DNA of 64,000 nt from Micavibrio sp. (GCA_040377425.1 JBEIOU010000012.1:16364-80363), one strand, 5' to 3'; shown: positions 34,955 to 45,945, counted from the first letter of the stretch. Notes: a model not told the origin generated them from the sequence alone. Numbers and translations are program-made.

Positions 34955-35473
34955 ATGAACGATACGCCAAAAAAAATCCCGTCCGAGACTTTCGACCTGC
35001 GCGACATGACCGCGATCACCTATAGTATCTACGGTATTCTGGCGCTGGCCATGGTGGCGCAGTTCAACCTGTATACTTTCCTGCCCGGCAGCGTCGCCGT
35101 GATCTGCGCCGTTGTATACGCCTATATCAAGCGCAAAGAACTGAAAGACACCATTTTTGAAAGCCACTACCAGTGGATGACCCGCACATTCTGGATTGGC
35201 GGTGCGGTATACCTGCCGATTGCCACGGTTGTTCTCAGCGTATACCAGCTGTTCATGATGGACATGACGCCCATATTCGGCGCCATGCGCGAAGGTGATC
35301 ACGACGTCCAAAGCCTCATGGGCATGCTGTACGAAAACAATAGCCAGATGATTTTCAGATCATCCGTCACGGTTCTGGGCATCTTTGCCGCCTGGTGGTG
35401 GTGGCGCTGCCTGCGCGGCGTCTTGCAACTGCGCAAGGGTGAGCCCCTGCCCAGCGTTATGAGCTGGTTTTAA
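34955..35473 (+). CDS. DUF4870-like membrane protein
   Basis: AYIKR...ESHYQWMTRTFWIG and WRCLRG..L..GEP motifs; 4 TM. Confidence 0.7.
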   Translation: MNDTPKKIPSETFDLRDMTAITYSIYGILALAMVAQFNLYTFLPGSVAVICAVVYAYIKRKELKDTIFESHYQWMTRTFWIGGAVYLPIATVVLSVYQLFMMDMTPIFGAMREGDHDVQSLMGMLYENNSQMIFRSSVTVLGIFAAWWWWRCLRGVLQLRKGEPLPSVMSWF

Positions 35474-36161
35474 ACAAAAACAAAAATTTTTCGACGCCTG
35501 TTAAATCGGCTTCGATTTTTTGTAGCCGTTTGCGCGCCAGTGTATCTTCGCCCCATTTTTCCAGCTGGAAGACTTCGTCCACGGTCGCCGCCTCGAATGC
35601 CTGTGCGGCGCCCATGCGCCCTGCGGCCATACAAAGCGCAATCACGGCAGAACCTGTAATACCCGTCACCGCCTGCACGGCTGTGAATGACACGGCGTCC
35701 ATATCCTTGACGATGGCGGCCACAGCCGCTGCCGCAGCATGATCTTGCGCCACGTATTGAATACCCGATACGTGTTTCAGCACAATGCCGTATTCGTCCT
35801 GCATCCACGCCAGCAGCGGATGCCATAGCTTTTCTTGCCGCGCGACCAGATCGGCTGGATGCGTCGCGAAATAACAGATCAGGTCAGAGCCTGCATATTT
35901 TACAATCTCGGCTTCCATATCGGGCCGTTCGTGCCCTTCGGCTTTATCGATCATGGTGCATACCAGCTGCGTCAGCGGCATGCTGGCGGGGACAATTTCA
36001 CTGCCCTGCGCAGCCCATTCAGCGGCGATTGCAGCGGCCATTGTCGCACTTGAAAGAATAACCGGCGTGCGCAGCGGTGTGCGCAGTGGCGCGCCGTCCA
36101 GACGCACCACATGCCCGCCGGGCGCTGTGCCCGCTTCGGCCTGTTTGTAAAAACGCTTCAT
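35457..36161 (-). CDS. ATP12 chaperone family protein
   Basis: KRFYKQA, LDG..LRTP, AAEWAAQ, MPLT, DLICY, DEVFQLEKWGED. Confidence 0.92.
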   Translation of the reverse strand: MKRFYKQAEAGTAPGGHVVRLDGAPLRTPLRTPVILSSATMAAAIAAEWAAQGSEIVPASMPLTQLVCTMIDKAEGHERPDMEAEIVKYAGSDLICYFATHPADLVARQEKLWHPLLAWMQDEYGIVLKHVSGIQYVAQDHAAAAAVAAIVKDMDAVSFTAVQAVTGITGSAVIALCMAAGRMGAAQAFEAATVDEVFQLEKWGEDTLARKRLQKIEADLTGVEKFLFLFKTSS

Positions 36162-36167
36162 GGACGA

Positions 36168-37163
36168 TTATTCCAGATCTTCGAACGGGTCTTGCTTGCT
36201 GTCCGCGGGGAAACCGAAATACTTCAGCGTCTTTTTCATGTCCGGCCCCACAGGCGCGGTGATATCCATTTTTTTGCCCGTGATCGGATGACGGAAAATA
36301 AGGCGGCGGGCATGCAGGTGCAGGCTATCCGGCAAATCCGGATTTTCTGCCAGCAACGGCTGCGCTTCGTCATATTTGAAATCGCCCAGCAGCGGACAGC
36401 CCATTTCGGCGGCATGCACGCGGATCTGGTGCATACGTCCCGTCCGCGGCCAGAATGCGACCAGCGCCACATCACGCCCCGCGTTTTCGATCACGCAGTA
36501 ATACGTCAGCGCCATTTTGCCGTCTTCGTCATCGACAGTGCGCACTTTTTCGGTGCCGTCTTCTTTGACTTTTGCCAGCGCCGATTTAATCTTGCCCTGA
36601 TACATTTCAGGTGCGGGCGCAGTAATGGCCCAGTAATATTTACGCACGTCGCGGCCTTTGAACAAATCGCCCATCGCGCGTGCAACCTTGGGGTTTTTTG
36701 CCAAAATCATGACGCCCGTGGTGTCTTTGTCCAGACGGTGCACCAGATGCGGTTTGTGGCCTTCTTTGTCAGCCATGGCCAGCATCATGTCATCGATGTT
36801 ACGGCCGACTTTTGACCCCCCCTGCGATGCAATACCAGCGGGCTTGTTGATAGCGATGATATGCGCATCTTCGAACAACACCCACGATTTCAGCATATCG
36901 CTTTCTTTTTCGGTGACGCGCTTTTGTTTTTTCATTGGCGCGTCTTCAAACAGCAATTGCGGCGGGACACGCACAGCCTGCCCCAGCGCCAATCTGGCAT
37001 CACCTTTGGCGCGTTTGCCATCAATGCGCAGCTGCCCCGTGCGCAATATTTTTTGCGCATCGCCAAAACTAAGATGCGGGAATTTCTTTTTGAGCCAGCG
37101 GTCAAGGCGCTGGCCGTCGTCCACTTCGCCCACGACGATGATATTGTTATTTTGTTCAGACAT
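36168..37163 (-). CDS. rluC: RluA-family 23S rRNA pseudouridine synthase (RluC-like)
   Basis: S4 domain GQRLDRWL, NKPAG, VHRLDKDTTG, TGRMHQIRVH, LHLHA; start ATG 37163. Confidence 0.88.
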   Translation of the reverse strand: MSEQNNNIIVVGEVDDGQRLDRWLKKKFPHLSFGDAQKILRTGQLRIDGKRAKGDARLALGQAVRVPPQLLFEDAPMKKQKRVTEKESDMLKSWVLFEDAHIIAINKPAGIASQGGSKVGRNIDDMMLAMADKEGHKPHLVHRLDKDTTGVMILAKNPKVARAMGDLFKGRDVRKYYWAITAPAPEMYQGKIKSALAKVKEDGTEKVRTVDDEDGKMALTYYCVIENAGRDVALVAFWPRTGRMHQIRVHAAEMGCPLLGDFKYDEAQPLLAENPDLPDSLHLHARRLIFRHPITGKKMDITAPVGPDMKKTLKYFGFPADSKQDPFEDLE

Positions 37164-37543
37164 CAGGAAAGCACTCCGCGTACAAGAAGCAGCCCGCCAA
37201 AGGCAGCCGCAATGGAAAAAACAACCGATGCCAGCGCATAGATAAGCGCTCCCATCGTCTGGCCTGTCTGCGCCAGTTTCATAACCTCGACAGAAAAGGC
37301 GGAAAAGGTCGTAAACCCGCCCAGAACACCTACAGTCAAAAACGCCCGCCATTCGGGCGACAGCGTATCTCGCAGCGCGAAATATTCAATCAGCGCACCA
37401 ATCATAAAACAGCCCAGCACATTCACCGCGAATGTCGCATACGAAAAACCCGTGCCGAACAGCCGCGTTTCAGCGATCACAAAAAAATGCCGCATGACCG
37501 CGCCGATACCGCCGCCTGCAAAAACTGCTAATGCTATATTCAT
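37163..37543 (-). CDS. crcB: Fluoride efflux channel FluC
   Basis: GGGIGAVMR, VNVLG, GVLGGFTTFSAF. Confidence 0.93.
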   Translation of the reverse strand: MNIALAVFAGGGIGAVMRHFFVIAETRLFGTGFSYATFAVNVLGCFMIGALIEYFALRDTLSPEWRAFLTVGVLGGFTTFSAFSVEVMKLAQTGQTMGALIYALASVVFSIAAAFGGLLLVRGVLS

Positions 37544-38865
37544 GTGCCACCTTTTTCTTTTCGCAGCTTATCCCAGTATTCGATGCGTTTTTTAAGTTCG
37601 CGTTCGAACCCGCGTTCGACGGGCGCATAAAACCGCTGGCGCGGCATCGCGTCGGGGAAGTAGTTCTGGCCGGAAAAACCTTCGGCGGTATCATGGTCAT
37701 AGCTGTAATCGCGGCCGTATCCGATGTCTTTCATCAACTTGGTCGGCGCATTCAAAATATGCGCAGGCGGCATCAGCGAACCGGTTTCGGCTGCCGCCGC
37801 CTTGGCCGCTTTATACGCGGTATAGGCCGCATTTGATTTCGGCGCCGTCGCCAGATATACCAGCGCCTGCGCCAGCGCCAGTTCCCCCTCGGGACTGCCG
37901 AGGCGTTCATACGTATCCCACGCACCCAGCGTGGTCTGCATGGCCTGCGGGTCGGCAAGGCCGATATCTTCAACCGCCATACGCACCATGCGGCGCGCGA
38001 TATAACGCGGGTCTTCCCCGCCCGCCAGCATGCGGCAGAACCAGTATAGCGCCGCATCCGCATCCGACCCGCGCACAGATTTATGCAGCGCACTGATCAG
38101 GTTGTAATGCCCGTCGTCTTTTTTGTCGTATAGCGGGGCGCGTTTTTGTACCAGCTTGGTCAGCTCGGCCACATCCAATGCGCCTTTTTTCTGTACCTGA
38201 AAAATTTGTTCGGCCAGCCCCAGCAGATAACGTCCGTCGCCATCGGCCATATTCACAAGCGCGGTACGCGCCTCCGGCATTAGCGGCAGCGGCCGGTTCA
38301 GTTGTATTTCCGCGCGGTGCAGCAGGGTTTCTAGCGCAGCTTCATCCAGACGCTGCAAAACCATCACCTGACACCGCGACAAAAGCGCGGCATTCAATTC
38401 AAACGAAGGGTTTTCGGTTGTCGCCCCCACCAGCACGATGGTGCCGTCTTCGACATGCGGCAAAAAAGCGTCTTGCTGCGATTTGTTGAAACGGTGAATC
38501 TCGTCCACGAACAGCAGCGTGCCCCGCCCCATGCGGCGACGGTGGCTGGCGCTGTCAAATACTTTACGCAGGTCGGCCACACCCGTAAAAATCGCAGATA
38601 CCGCCTCGAAATGCAGCGACGTATGCTGCGCGAGCAAACGCGCCAGCGTGGTTTTGCCGCAGCCGGGCGGCCCCCAGAAAATAATCGACGACATCCGCCC
38701 CGCATCAATCATGCGGCGCAGCGGGGCGTCTTCGTCGTGCAGCAAATGGTCTTGCCCCACCACGTCATCGACGGTTTGTGGACGCAGCAGATCGGCCAGC
38801 GGGCGCGGCGCGCTGCTGGTTCCCGCTTCGTCTGCCGTATCCGGCCTGCCGAAAAGCCCCGTCAT
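37540..38865 (-). CDS. rarA: Replication-associated recombination protein A (MgsA)
   Basis: RPLADLLRP, WGPPGCGKTT, VDEIHRFNKSQQD, GATTENPSF, ISALHKSVRGSD. Confidence 0.96.
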   Translation of the reverse strand: MTGLFGRPDTADEAGTSSAPRPLADLLRPQTVDDVVGQDHLLHDEDAPLRRMIDAGRMSSIIFWGPPGCGKTTLARLLAQHTSLHFEAVSAIFTGVADLRKVFDSASHRRRMGRGTLLFVDEIHRFNKSQQDAFLPHVEDGTIVLVGATTENPSFELNAALLSRCQVMVLQRLDEAALETLLHRAEIQLNRPLPLMPEARTALVNMADGDGRYLLGLAEQIFQVQKKGALDVAELTKLVQKRAPLYDKKDDGHYNLISALHKSVRGSDADAALYWFCRMLAGGEDPRYIARRMVRMAVEDIGLADPQAMQTTLGAWDTYERLGSPEGELALAQALVYLATAPKSNAAYTAYKAAKAAAAETGSLMPPAHILNAPTKLMKDIGYGRDYSYDHDTAEGFSGQNYFPDAMPRQRFYAPVERGFERELKKRIEYWDKLRKEKGGT

Positions 38866-40280
38866 ATTGTAACCATCAGCTTCATCACCTGCGATCCGCG
38901 GCGCACCTGCACCAGCCAGCGGCGAATATTTTTTGATGCGCCCAGTGCTTCTTTCAGCTGCGCCACCGCAGGGATGTCGGCACCATTCAGCACCATCAGA
39001 ATGTCGCCCGTTCTCAGCCCCATACGCGCCGCCGGCGTTCCCGCGGCCACATCCATCACCACTACGCCTTCGGCATCGGGGTGATCGAGGCCGATTTCAT
39101 CCGCCACCGCCGGCGAAATATTGGCAAGCGTCGCCCCCGTAATCGGCGTGCGTCCCTCGACCACATAGGTTTCTCGGGGCGGCGTTTCGGGCGCGGCTTC
39201 GGCCTTTATTTTCGCTTCGAAAGATTTACCACCGCGCGACACCGTCATCAGCACATCGCCGCCAATAGGTACGGTCGCCAGACGAAATTTCAGCGCTTCG
39301 GGGTCTTGGATGTCATGACCGTTAATGGTGAGGATCACATCGCCCACCTGAATACCCGCCTTTGCACCCGGACCTTGCGGGTGAACACGGTTAATCAGCG
39401 CACCACGTGCGCGTGTCAAATTCAGCGACGCCATCATATCCGATGTGACAGCCTGCCCCGACAGCCCCGTCCACGGGCGTATCAGTTTGCTCCCGCGTTT
39501 GGAGGCGTCAATCACCGTTGCCACCATGTTCGCAGGGATCGCAAACCCAAGTCCGAGCGAACCGCCATCGCGCGTAAAGATCATCGAGTTAATACCCACC
39601 AGACGCCCGTTCATATCAATCAGCGCACCGCCGGAATTACCGGGGTTAATGGCCGCATCCGTCTGAATGAAATAACGGTAATCCAAACCGCCCATGCCCG
39701 TGCGGGCGGTGGCAGAGATAATACCGCTGGTCACCGTTTGGCCAACGCCAAAGGGGTTACCGATCGCCAGCACCAGATCGCCCACTTCGATGGCATCGCT
39801 ATCCGCCAGCGGCAGATACGCAAGTGTTTCCCCCTTCGGGTCGATGCGCAAAATGGCAAGGTCGGTTTTTTCATCCACCAAAATCTTCTCGGCATCAAAT
39901 TCGCGCCCATCCGAAAGCACGACGGTGATTTCAAGCGCGTCTTTGATGACATGCGTGTTGGTCGCGATCTGTCCCGTCGGCGCGACGATCACGCCGGAGC
40001 CGAGAGAGTTTTCAATACGCTCCTGCACCGCACCGCCGCCAAAGCCCTGACCAAAAAACTGGCCAAAAAACGGATCGTTCATAAACGGGCTAATCACGCG
40101 CATGCGTTCGCGGACCACGCGTTTGGCATAGATGTTCACAACCGCGGGGCTGGTTTGCTTGACCAGCGGCGCAAAGCTCATCTGGATATCGGCGCGGCTT
40201 TGCGGCAAGGTTTTTTCCTGCGCCTGCGCGGGCGCCGCAAAAGACAACATCAGGGCGATCAGTAAAAACAGTTTTTTCAT
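38862..40280 (-). CDS. Do/DegQ family periplasmic serine protease with two PDZ domains
   Basis: Signal peptide; SLGSGVI, TNTHV, DLA, QTDAAINPGNSGG. Confidence 0.93.
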   Translation of the reverse strand: MKKLFLLIALMLSFAAPAQAQEKTLPQSRADIQMSFAPLVKQTSPAVVNIYAKRVVRERMRVISPFMNDPFFGQFFGQGFGGGAVQERIENSLGSGVIVAPTGQIATNTHVIKDALEITVVLSDGREFDAEKILVDEKTDLAILRIDPKGETLAYLPLADSDAIEVGDLVLAIGNPFGVGQTVTSGIISATARTGMGGLDYRYFIQTDAAINPGNSGGALIDMNGRLVGINSMIFTRDGGSLGLGFAIPANMVATVIDASKRGSKLIRPWTGLSGQAVTSDMMASLNLTRARGALINRVHPQGPGAKAGIQVGDVILTINGHDIQDPEALKFRLATVPIGGDVLMTVSRGGKSFEAKIKAEAAPETPPRETYVVEGRTPITGATLANISPAVADEIGLDHPDAEGVVVMDVAAGTPAARMGLRTGDILMVLNGADIPAVAQLKEALGASKNIRRWLVQVRRGSQVMKLMVTI

Positions 40281-40316
40281 GTCAGTTCAAACTCCGTTTT
40301 TATTCAGACAAGCCAT

Positions 40317-40832
40317 TTACCCGGACCATCCATAGGCGATTTCTTCGAGGGGCTTGCCGCCGATGTCGATGGTTTTGCGCGCAAACTCGCGCCCGCCCAT
40401 ATGACGGTAAAACCCTGCCGACGGGTTATCGGCCAGCACCCAAAGATACATGCCGTTTATACCACAGGCACGCAGGCTTTGTCGTGCCGCGTCAAACAGC
40501 TGCCGCCCCGCGCCTGTTCCTTGTATAGACCTCAGGGTATAGAGCGCATACAGCTCCCCCGCCAGCCCTGCAACAGCCTCCCGCGCAGGGCCGAGCGTCA
40601 CGAACCCCTCCACGGTGCCAGACGCCCCGGAAACGGCCACAAACGCGCGCCAGGGGGCTTCTGCCGTCTGGAAGGTGTCCAGCCAGCGTTTTGTACGCTC
40701 CACCACGTCCAGACCCGCCAAATGGGCGTCAGGCACGATGCCTGTGTAGCTTTCTCGCCAGCTTTGGACATGCACACGGGCAATGTCGGCCGCATCGGTG
40801 GCCGTAGCGGCCCGTATAAGCGTTTCTGGCAT
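40317..40832 (-). CDS. GNAT acetyltransferase
   Basis: IRAATATDA, ELYALY, QGTGAGRQL, LWVLADN...FYRHMGG. Confidence 0.85.
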   Translation of the reverse strand: MPETLIRAATATDAADIARVHVQSWRESYTGIVPDAHLAGLDVVERTKRWLDTFQTAEAPWRAFVAVSGASGTVEGFVTLGPAREAVAGLAGELYALYTLRSIQGTGAGRQLFDAARQSLRACGINGMYLWVLADNPSAGFYRHMGGREFARKTIDIGGKPLEEIAYGWSG

Positions 40833-40920
40833 GGGGACAGCCCCCTTTTTTGGTTTGCAGGCTAAAACCTTCTGTACGGCGCTAAAAACCGTCCGGATGA
40901 GCAGGTTTAAGCACCAGACA

Positions 40921-40952
40921 AAGAAAAAGGGGCGGAATGAACCGCCCCTTTT
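40921..40952 (-). terminator. Terminator of the alpha operon (after rplQ)
   Basis: AAAAGGGGCGG-aatgaa-CCGCCCCTTTT with a T-rich tail on the minus strand. Confidence 0.8.
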
Positions 40953-40982
40953 CGATCTTCGTCAAAAGCGTGGCCGGCTTAA

Positions 40983-41462
40983 TTAACCAGCGACGGCTTT
41001 TTTCTTTTTCGGCTTGGAGGTTTTCACCGGTTCGCCTGCTTCGTGTGCTGCTTTCATGTTGTCAGCAACAGCCTGTTGGCCGCTGTCTTTACCTTTGGCA
41101 GAACGATCGCGGTCAACCAGTTCGATGATCGCGCGGGGCGCGTTGTCACCGTAGCGGAAGCCAGCTTTCAGGACGCGGGTGTAACCACCGTTGCGGTCTG
41201 CGTAACGCTTGCCAAGGATGTCGAACAGTTTCTTGACTTGCGTTTCGTCGCGCAGGCGGGACATCGCCAGGCGGCGGTTCGCAAGACCACCTTTTTTGCC
41301 AAGCGTGATCAGGCGGTCAACGAAACCGCGCAGTTCTTTCGCTTTGGGCACGGTGGTAACGATCTGTTCGTGCTTGATAAGAGCCGCAGCCATGTTTGCA
41401 AACATCGCACGACGGTGTTGAGTTGTGACGCCGAGTTTACGGCCGGAATTACCATGACGCAT
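40983..41462 (-). CDS. rplQ: 50S ribosomal protein L17
   Basis: [28 protein letters not shown]. Confidence 0.97.
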   Translation of the reverse strand: MRHGNSGRKLGVTTQHRRAMFANMAAALIKHEQIVTTVPKAKELRGFVDRLITLGKKGGLANRRLAMSRLRDETQVKKLFDILGKRYADRNGGYTRVLKAGFRYGDNAPRAIIELVDRDRSAKGKDSGQQAVADNMKAAHEAGEPVKTSKPKKKKAVAG

Positions 41463-41609
41463 GGTTACGTCTCCTTCTTTACGTTACGCTTCACGCATGA
41501 AGCGGATTGTGAAAACGCTACCCTGTACAAGTGACAGCAGTAACGCTGCGGGGGACATCCCCCACCTGCTCCGCTGCCGGGGCAGGCTTAGTTCCTACGA
41601 AGCCTTCGC

Positions 41610-42626
41610 TCAGAACGGCTCTTCGAGCTTGCGCGCGAGGTCTTCGATATTCTCAGGCGGCCAACCTTCGACCTTCATGCCGAGGTGCAGGCCCATGTTC
41701 GTCAGCACTTCCTTGATCTCGTTCAGGGATTTGCGGCCGAAGTTCGGGGTACGCAGCATGTCGGCTTCGGTCTTCTGGACCAGGTCGCCGATGTATACAA
41801 TGTTGTCGTTCTTCAGGCAGTTCGCGGAGCGGACAGACAGTTCCAGCTCTTCGACCTTGCGCAGCAGATGACGGCTGAACGGCAGTTCGTCTTTGCTTTC
41901 TTCTTTGGCAACCGCAGTCGGTTCCTGGAAGTTGACGAAAGCTTGCAGCTGGTCTTGCAGAATGCGGGCTGCGTATGCAACAGCATCTTCAGGACGAACC
42001 GTACCGTTGGTTTCAAGATCCAGCGACAGCTTGTCGTAGTCCGTGATCTGGCCGACGCGGGTATCTTCAACTTTGTAAGATACTTTGCGAACGGGCGAGA
42101 AAATGCTGTCAACAGGGATGATACCGATCGGGGCATCTTCGTGGCGGTTTTGTGCAGCAGGGCGATAGCCTTTGCCGGTGGAAACCGTCAGCTCCATGCC
42201 CAGCTTTACTTTGTCGCCCAGCGTGCAGATCACCAGATCCGGGTTGACGATTTCAACGTCAGCCGTCTGTTCGATCATGCCCGCGGTGACTTCGCAAGGG
42301 CCTTCAGCGTTCAGGCGCAGTTTCTTGCTGCCTTCTGCGTGCATGCGGATCGACAGGCTCTTGATGTTCAGAACGATGTCGGTCACGTCTTCGCGGACGC
42401 CGGGGATGGAAGAGAATTCATGCAGGACGCCGTCGATGCGGATCGCGGTGACTGCAGCGCCTTGCAGCGAAGACAGCAGTACGCGGCGCAGTGCGTTACC
42501 GAGCGTCAGGCCATAGCCACGCTCCAGCGGTTCTACAACGACCGTGCCGAAGCGGCTGGGATCTTTGTTGGTGCTGACGTCAACGCGGTTCGGTTTAATC
42601 AGCTCTTGCCAGTTTTTCTGTATCAA
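41610..42626 (-). CDS. rpoA: RNA polymerase alpha subunit (TTG start)
   Basis: [41 protein letters not shown]; AGAGG RBS before TTG at 42626. Confidence 0.97.
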   Translation of the reverse strand: MIQKNWQELIKPNRVDVSTNKDPSRFGTVVVEPLERGYGLTLGNALRRVLLSSLQGAAVTAIRIDGVLHEFSSIPGVREDVTDIVLNIKSLSIRMHAEGSKKLRLNAEGPCEVTAGMIEQTADVEIVNPDLVICTLGDKVKLGMELTVSTGKGYRPAAQNRHEDAPIGIIPVDSIFSPVRKVSYKVEDTRVGQITDYDKLSLDLETNGTVRPEDAVAYAARILQDQLQAFVNFQEPTAVAKEESKDELPFSRHLLRKVEELELSVRSANCLKNDNIVYIGDLVQKTEADMLRTPNFGRKSLNEIKEVLTNMGLHLGMKVEGWPPENIEDLARKLEEPF

Positions 42627-42721
42627 GATACGCCTCTTTTGCCTGAGTGTGTGAACGGGAAGTATGTCAAAAACCGGGGCGCGCCTTCCGGGAAAAGGCG
42701 CGCGCCACGGCTTTGATGATC

Positions 42722-43123
42722 TTATACGCGGCGACGTTTGCGCGGACGGCAACCGTTGTGCGGAACCGGCGTGATGTCCATGATGGACGAAATGCCGAAA
42801 CCAACGGACTGCAGAGCGCGAAGCGCGGATTCGCGGCCCGAACCGGGACCCTTCACCAGAACTTCCAGCGTTTTCATGCCATGTTCCTTGGCTTTCTTAC
42901 CAGCGTCTTCCGCGGTAACCTGCGCCGCATAGGGCGTAGATTTGCGGGAGCCTTTGAAGCCGAGGTGACCGGCAGACGACCAGGAGATCGTGTTGCCTTG
43001 TGCGTCCGCAATCGTCACGATCGTGTTGTTGAACGTGGAGTTTACGTGCGCGACGCCAGCCGAGATATTTTTGCGCTCTTTTTTGCGCGTTCTGGCTTTA
43101 TCGTCTTTTTGTGCTTTTGCCAT
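42722..43123 (-). CDS. rpsK: 30S ribosomal protein S11
   Basis: [28 protein letters not shown]. Confidence 0.97.
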   Translation of the reverse strand: MAKAQKDDKARTRKKERKNISAGVAHVNSTFNNTIVTIADAQGNTISWSSAGHLGFKGSRKSTPYAAQVTAEDAGKKAKEHGMKTLEVLVKGPGSGRESALRALQSVGFGISSIMDITPVPHNGCRPRKRRRV

Positions 43124-43147
43124 TATTCTTTATCCTTCAGGCGCTAA

Positions 43148-43528
43148 TTATTTCTTGGTCGCGATTTTCTTGCCGGCGATCGTCTTGCGCGGACCTTTGC
43201 GCGTGCGCGCGTTGGTACGTGTGCGCTGACCGCGTGCGGGCAGACCTTTACGGTGACGCAGACCACGATAGCAGCCCAGATCCATCAGACGTTTGATCGT
43301 CATGGCAATATCACGGCGAAGTTCACCTTCAACCTTGTAGTTTGCCTTGATCTCGTCGCGGATGCGGTTCAGTTGGTCTTCGGTGAGCGAGTTAACGCGC
43401 GTATGCCACGCAACGTTTGCTGCTTCAAGAATCTTGTTTGCGCTTGTACGGCCAATTCCATGGATATAGGTCAGCGCGATGCCGACAACTTTTTCCGTAG
43501 GAATATTGACACCTTCGATACGTGCCAC
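43148..43528 (-). CDS. rpsM: 30S ribosomal protein S13
   Basis: [35 protein letters not shown]. Confidence 0.97.
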   Translation of the reverse strand: MARIEGVNIPTEKVVGIALTYIHGIGRTSANKILEAANVAWHTRVNSLTEDQLNRIRDEIKANYKVEGELRRDIAMTIKRLMDLGCYRGLRHRKGLPARGQRTRTNARTRKGPRKTIAGKKIATKK

Positions 43529-43594
43529 GCTTTGTCTCCCGGGTTAGATATATAAAAAACTGCGACTCTGCCCCATTAAGAGCAAAGCTCGCGC

Positions 43595-43622
43595 ATTATA
43601 GGGGGCACAAAACAAACGTCAA
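43595..43622 (-). promoter_or_regulatory. Alpha-operon promoter
   Basis: Minus strand TTGACG-N16-TATAAT followed by GC-rich discriminator GCGCG and a leader hairpin. Confidence 0.75.
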
Positions 43623-43690
43623 CACGATATTTACCTTATTTCCGGCAAATTTGACGTTTTTTGAACCCCCCGGCCTTTTTAGGGGCAAAA

Positions 43691-44395
43691 TCAACCCATT
43701 TTCGGGGGTTGAGGTTTGTCACAAGCCTTGCCGCGGCACAAAACGGCCTCAATTTCGGCAGTAACGGTGGCCATATCGGCCATGCCATCCACAGTTTTTA
43801 GCTTACCGAGTCTCTCGTAAAACGGGAGAATCGGCGCCGTCTGGTTGTGATAGGTATCCAGACGGCTGCGAACCGTTTCGGCGTTGTCGTCGGAACGACG
43901 GGTAAACGTATCCTGCTTGCCGCACGAATCGCACGTGGCGGGATCGTGGGGCGGCTTGAATTTGTCGTGGTACCCCTCGCCGCACGCGCCGCAGGTAAAA
44001 CGTCCTGAAATGCGTTCGATGAGTTTATCGTCGTCTACTTCCATTTGCACGACGGCATCCAGTTTGATGCCTTTTTTGTCGAGCATATCCTCAAGCGCTT
44101 CGGCCTGCGCAACACTGCGCGGAAAACCGTCGAGGATGAAACCGTTTTTGCAATCCGGCTGGTCCAGACGCTCCGCGATCATGCGGATCGTGATTTCGTC
44201 AGGTACCAGTTTGCCGGCATCCAGAATTTGTTTGATCTCGTTACCCAGCGGGTCGTTCGGATCTTTGACACGTGCGCGGAACAGATCGCCCGCGGAAATG
44301 GCCACAACGTTGTGCTTCTCGGTCAGCAGACGCGCCTGCGTCCCCTTACCCGCGCCCGGCGGTCCGATCAGAATCATGCGCAGCGGCTGTGTCAT
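43691..44395 (-). CDS. adk: Adenylate kinase (Zn-LID type)
   Basis: GPPGAGKGTQA, GFILDGFPR, CGAC...CDSC LID; start ATG 44395 overlapping the secY stop. Confidence 0.96.
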   Translation of the reverse strand: MTQPLRMILIGPPGAGKGTQARLLTEKHNVVAISAGDLFRARVKDPNDPLGNEIKQILDAGKLVPDEITIRMIAERLDQPDCKNGFILDGFPRSVAQAEALEDMLDKKGIKLDAVVQMEVDDDKLIERISGRFTCGACGEGYHDKFKPPHDPATCDSCGKQDTFTRRSDDNAETVRSRLDTYHNQTAPILPFYERLGKLKTVDGMADMATVTAEIEAVLCRGKACDKPQPPKMG

Positions 44396-45750
44396 TATTT
44401 CCGGCTCCCTCTCAGTTTCGATTTCTTGATAAGGCCTTCGTATTGATGCGCAATCATGTGCGAATGAATTTGCGCCACCGTATCCATCGGTACCGTCACC
44501 GCGATCAGCAAGCTGGTACCGCCAAGGGCGAAGGGCAAGCTGTATTGGGAAATCAGAAACTCGGGCAGCAGGCACACAAACGTCAGATATGCCGCACCGA
44601 TCACCGTGATGCGCGTCAGGATGCGGTCCAGATACTCTGCCGTCGCATGGCCGGGGCGGATGCCCGGAATGAAGCCGTTCGACTTGCGCAGGTTGTCTGC
44701 CGTTTCATCGGGGTTGAAAACAATCGCGGTGTAGAAAAACGCGAAGAAGATAATCAGCCCGCCATAAAGCGCCATATACGCCGGCTTGCCATGTCCCAGA
44801 TGCAACGTCAGCGCATCCAGCCATTCAACGCCCGAACCGTCCACGCCCATGAACTGCACAACAGACAAAGGCATCAGCAGCAGCGACGATGCAAAGATCG
44901 CGGGGATCACACCGGCCGTATTCAGCTTGAGTGGCATGTGGCTGGTTTCACCACCTGCCATGCGGTTGCCGCCAACCATACGTTTCGGATACTGCACCAC
45001 GACGCGGCGCTGCGCACGCTCCATGAACACAATGAATGTCAGGACGACCACAACCATCGCCAGGATCAGGAACACGCCCACCGCCGACATATCGCCCGTG
45101 CGCGCCAGTTCTAGCACCTTTGCAATCGCCGAGGGGATGCCCGCGACGATACCGCAGAAAATAATCAGCGAGATACCGTTGCCGACACCACGCTGCGAAA
45201 TCTGCTCGCCCAGCCACATCAGGAATACCGTACCGCCCACAACCGTGATGATAGTTGTCACACGGAAGAAAAGACCAGGGTTGATCACCGCGGACGCACC
45301 GCTGGAGCTGGCAAGGCTTTCAAGGCCCACAGCAAGGCCATAGGCCTGAATAGCGGCCAGAATGACCGTACCATAGCGCGTGTACTGGTTGAGGCGCTTA
45401 CGGCCCGCCTCGCCCTCTTTTTTCATCGCTTCCATCGCGGGGTTCATCGACGTCATGATCTGCATAATAATCGATGCCGAAATGTACGGCATGATGTTCA
45501 GTGCCAGGATCGACATACGCTCAAGCGCACCACCCGAAAACATGTTGAACATGTCCAGAACGCCGCCCGATTTCGAGCTGAAAATATCATTCCATACCGT
45601 GGGGTCGATACCCGGCAGCGGAATGTGCGTACCGATGCGGTAGATCAGCAGCGCCAGCAGCATAAACCAAAGACGCTGCTTCAGTTCCTGCGCTTTCGAA
45701 AACGCGCCAAAGTTAAGGTTGTTAGTGAATTGCTCGACGGCGGAAGCCAT
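44395..45750 (-). CDS. secY: Preprotein translocase subunit SecY
   Basis: IMPYISASII, GVGNGISLII, AGVIPAIFA, GFIPGIRPG, GGTSLLI. Confidence 0.97.
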   Translation of the reverse strand: MASAVEQFTNNLNFGAFSKAQELKQRLWFMLLALLIYRIGTHIPLPGIDPTVWNDIFSSKSGGVLDMFNMFSGGALERMSILALNIMPYISASIIMQIMTSMNPAMEAMKKEGEAGRKRLNQYTRYGTVILAAIQAYGLAVGLESLASSSGASAVINPGLFFRVTTIITVVGGTVFLMWLGEQISQRGVGNGISLIIFCGIVAGIPSAIAKVLELARTGDMSAVGVFLILAMVVVVLTFIVFMERAQRRVVVQYPKRMVGGNRMAGGETSHMPLKLNTAGVIPAIFASSLLLMPLSVVQFMGVDGSGVEWLDALTLHLGHGKPAYMALYGGLIIFFAFFYTAIVFNPDETADNLRKSNGFIPGIRPGHATAEYLDRILTRITVIGAAYLTFVCLLPEFLISQYSLPFALGGTSLLIAVTVPMDTVAQIHSHMIAHQYEGLIKKSKLRGSRK

Positions 45751-45883
45751 GTTTTTGTTGTTCCCTCTGAGGTCCTGCATACCCTGAATACCGCAAGTCC
45801 GTGGCGGGGCACTTGCCCCCTGCTCTGGACATCCGGCCGGACTCGGCGTCCGCGGGGATGGCTAGGATATAAATCGAAGTAAA

Positions 45884-45945
45884 TATATGCCCGTCAAAGA
45901 CAAAGGGGTCAAGACATTCTGAAGTATATGTCATTGACCCCTTTG
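45884..45945 (-). promoter_or_regulatory. Inverted repeat overlapping a putative internal secY promoter
   Basis: CAAAGGGGTCAA/TTGACCCCTTTG 12-bp IR (45901-45945); minus strand TTGACC-N17-CATATA (45912 to 45884). Confidence 0.55.

Noticed and set aside
37543-37620. Fluoride riboswitch before crcB
   Set aside because: crcB overlaps the rarA stop; no intergenic space and no aptamer motif seen
43529-44395. Absence of rpmJ, infA, map and rpsD from the cluster
   Set aside because: Normal for alphaproteobacteria
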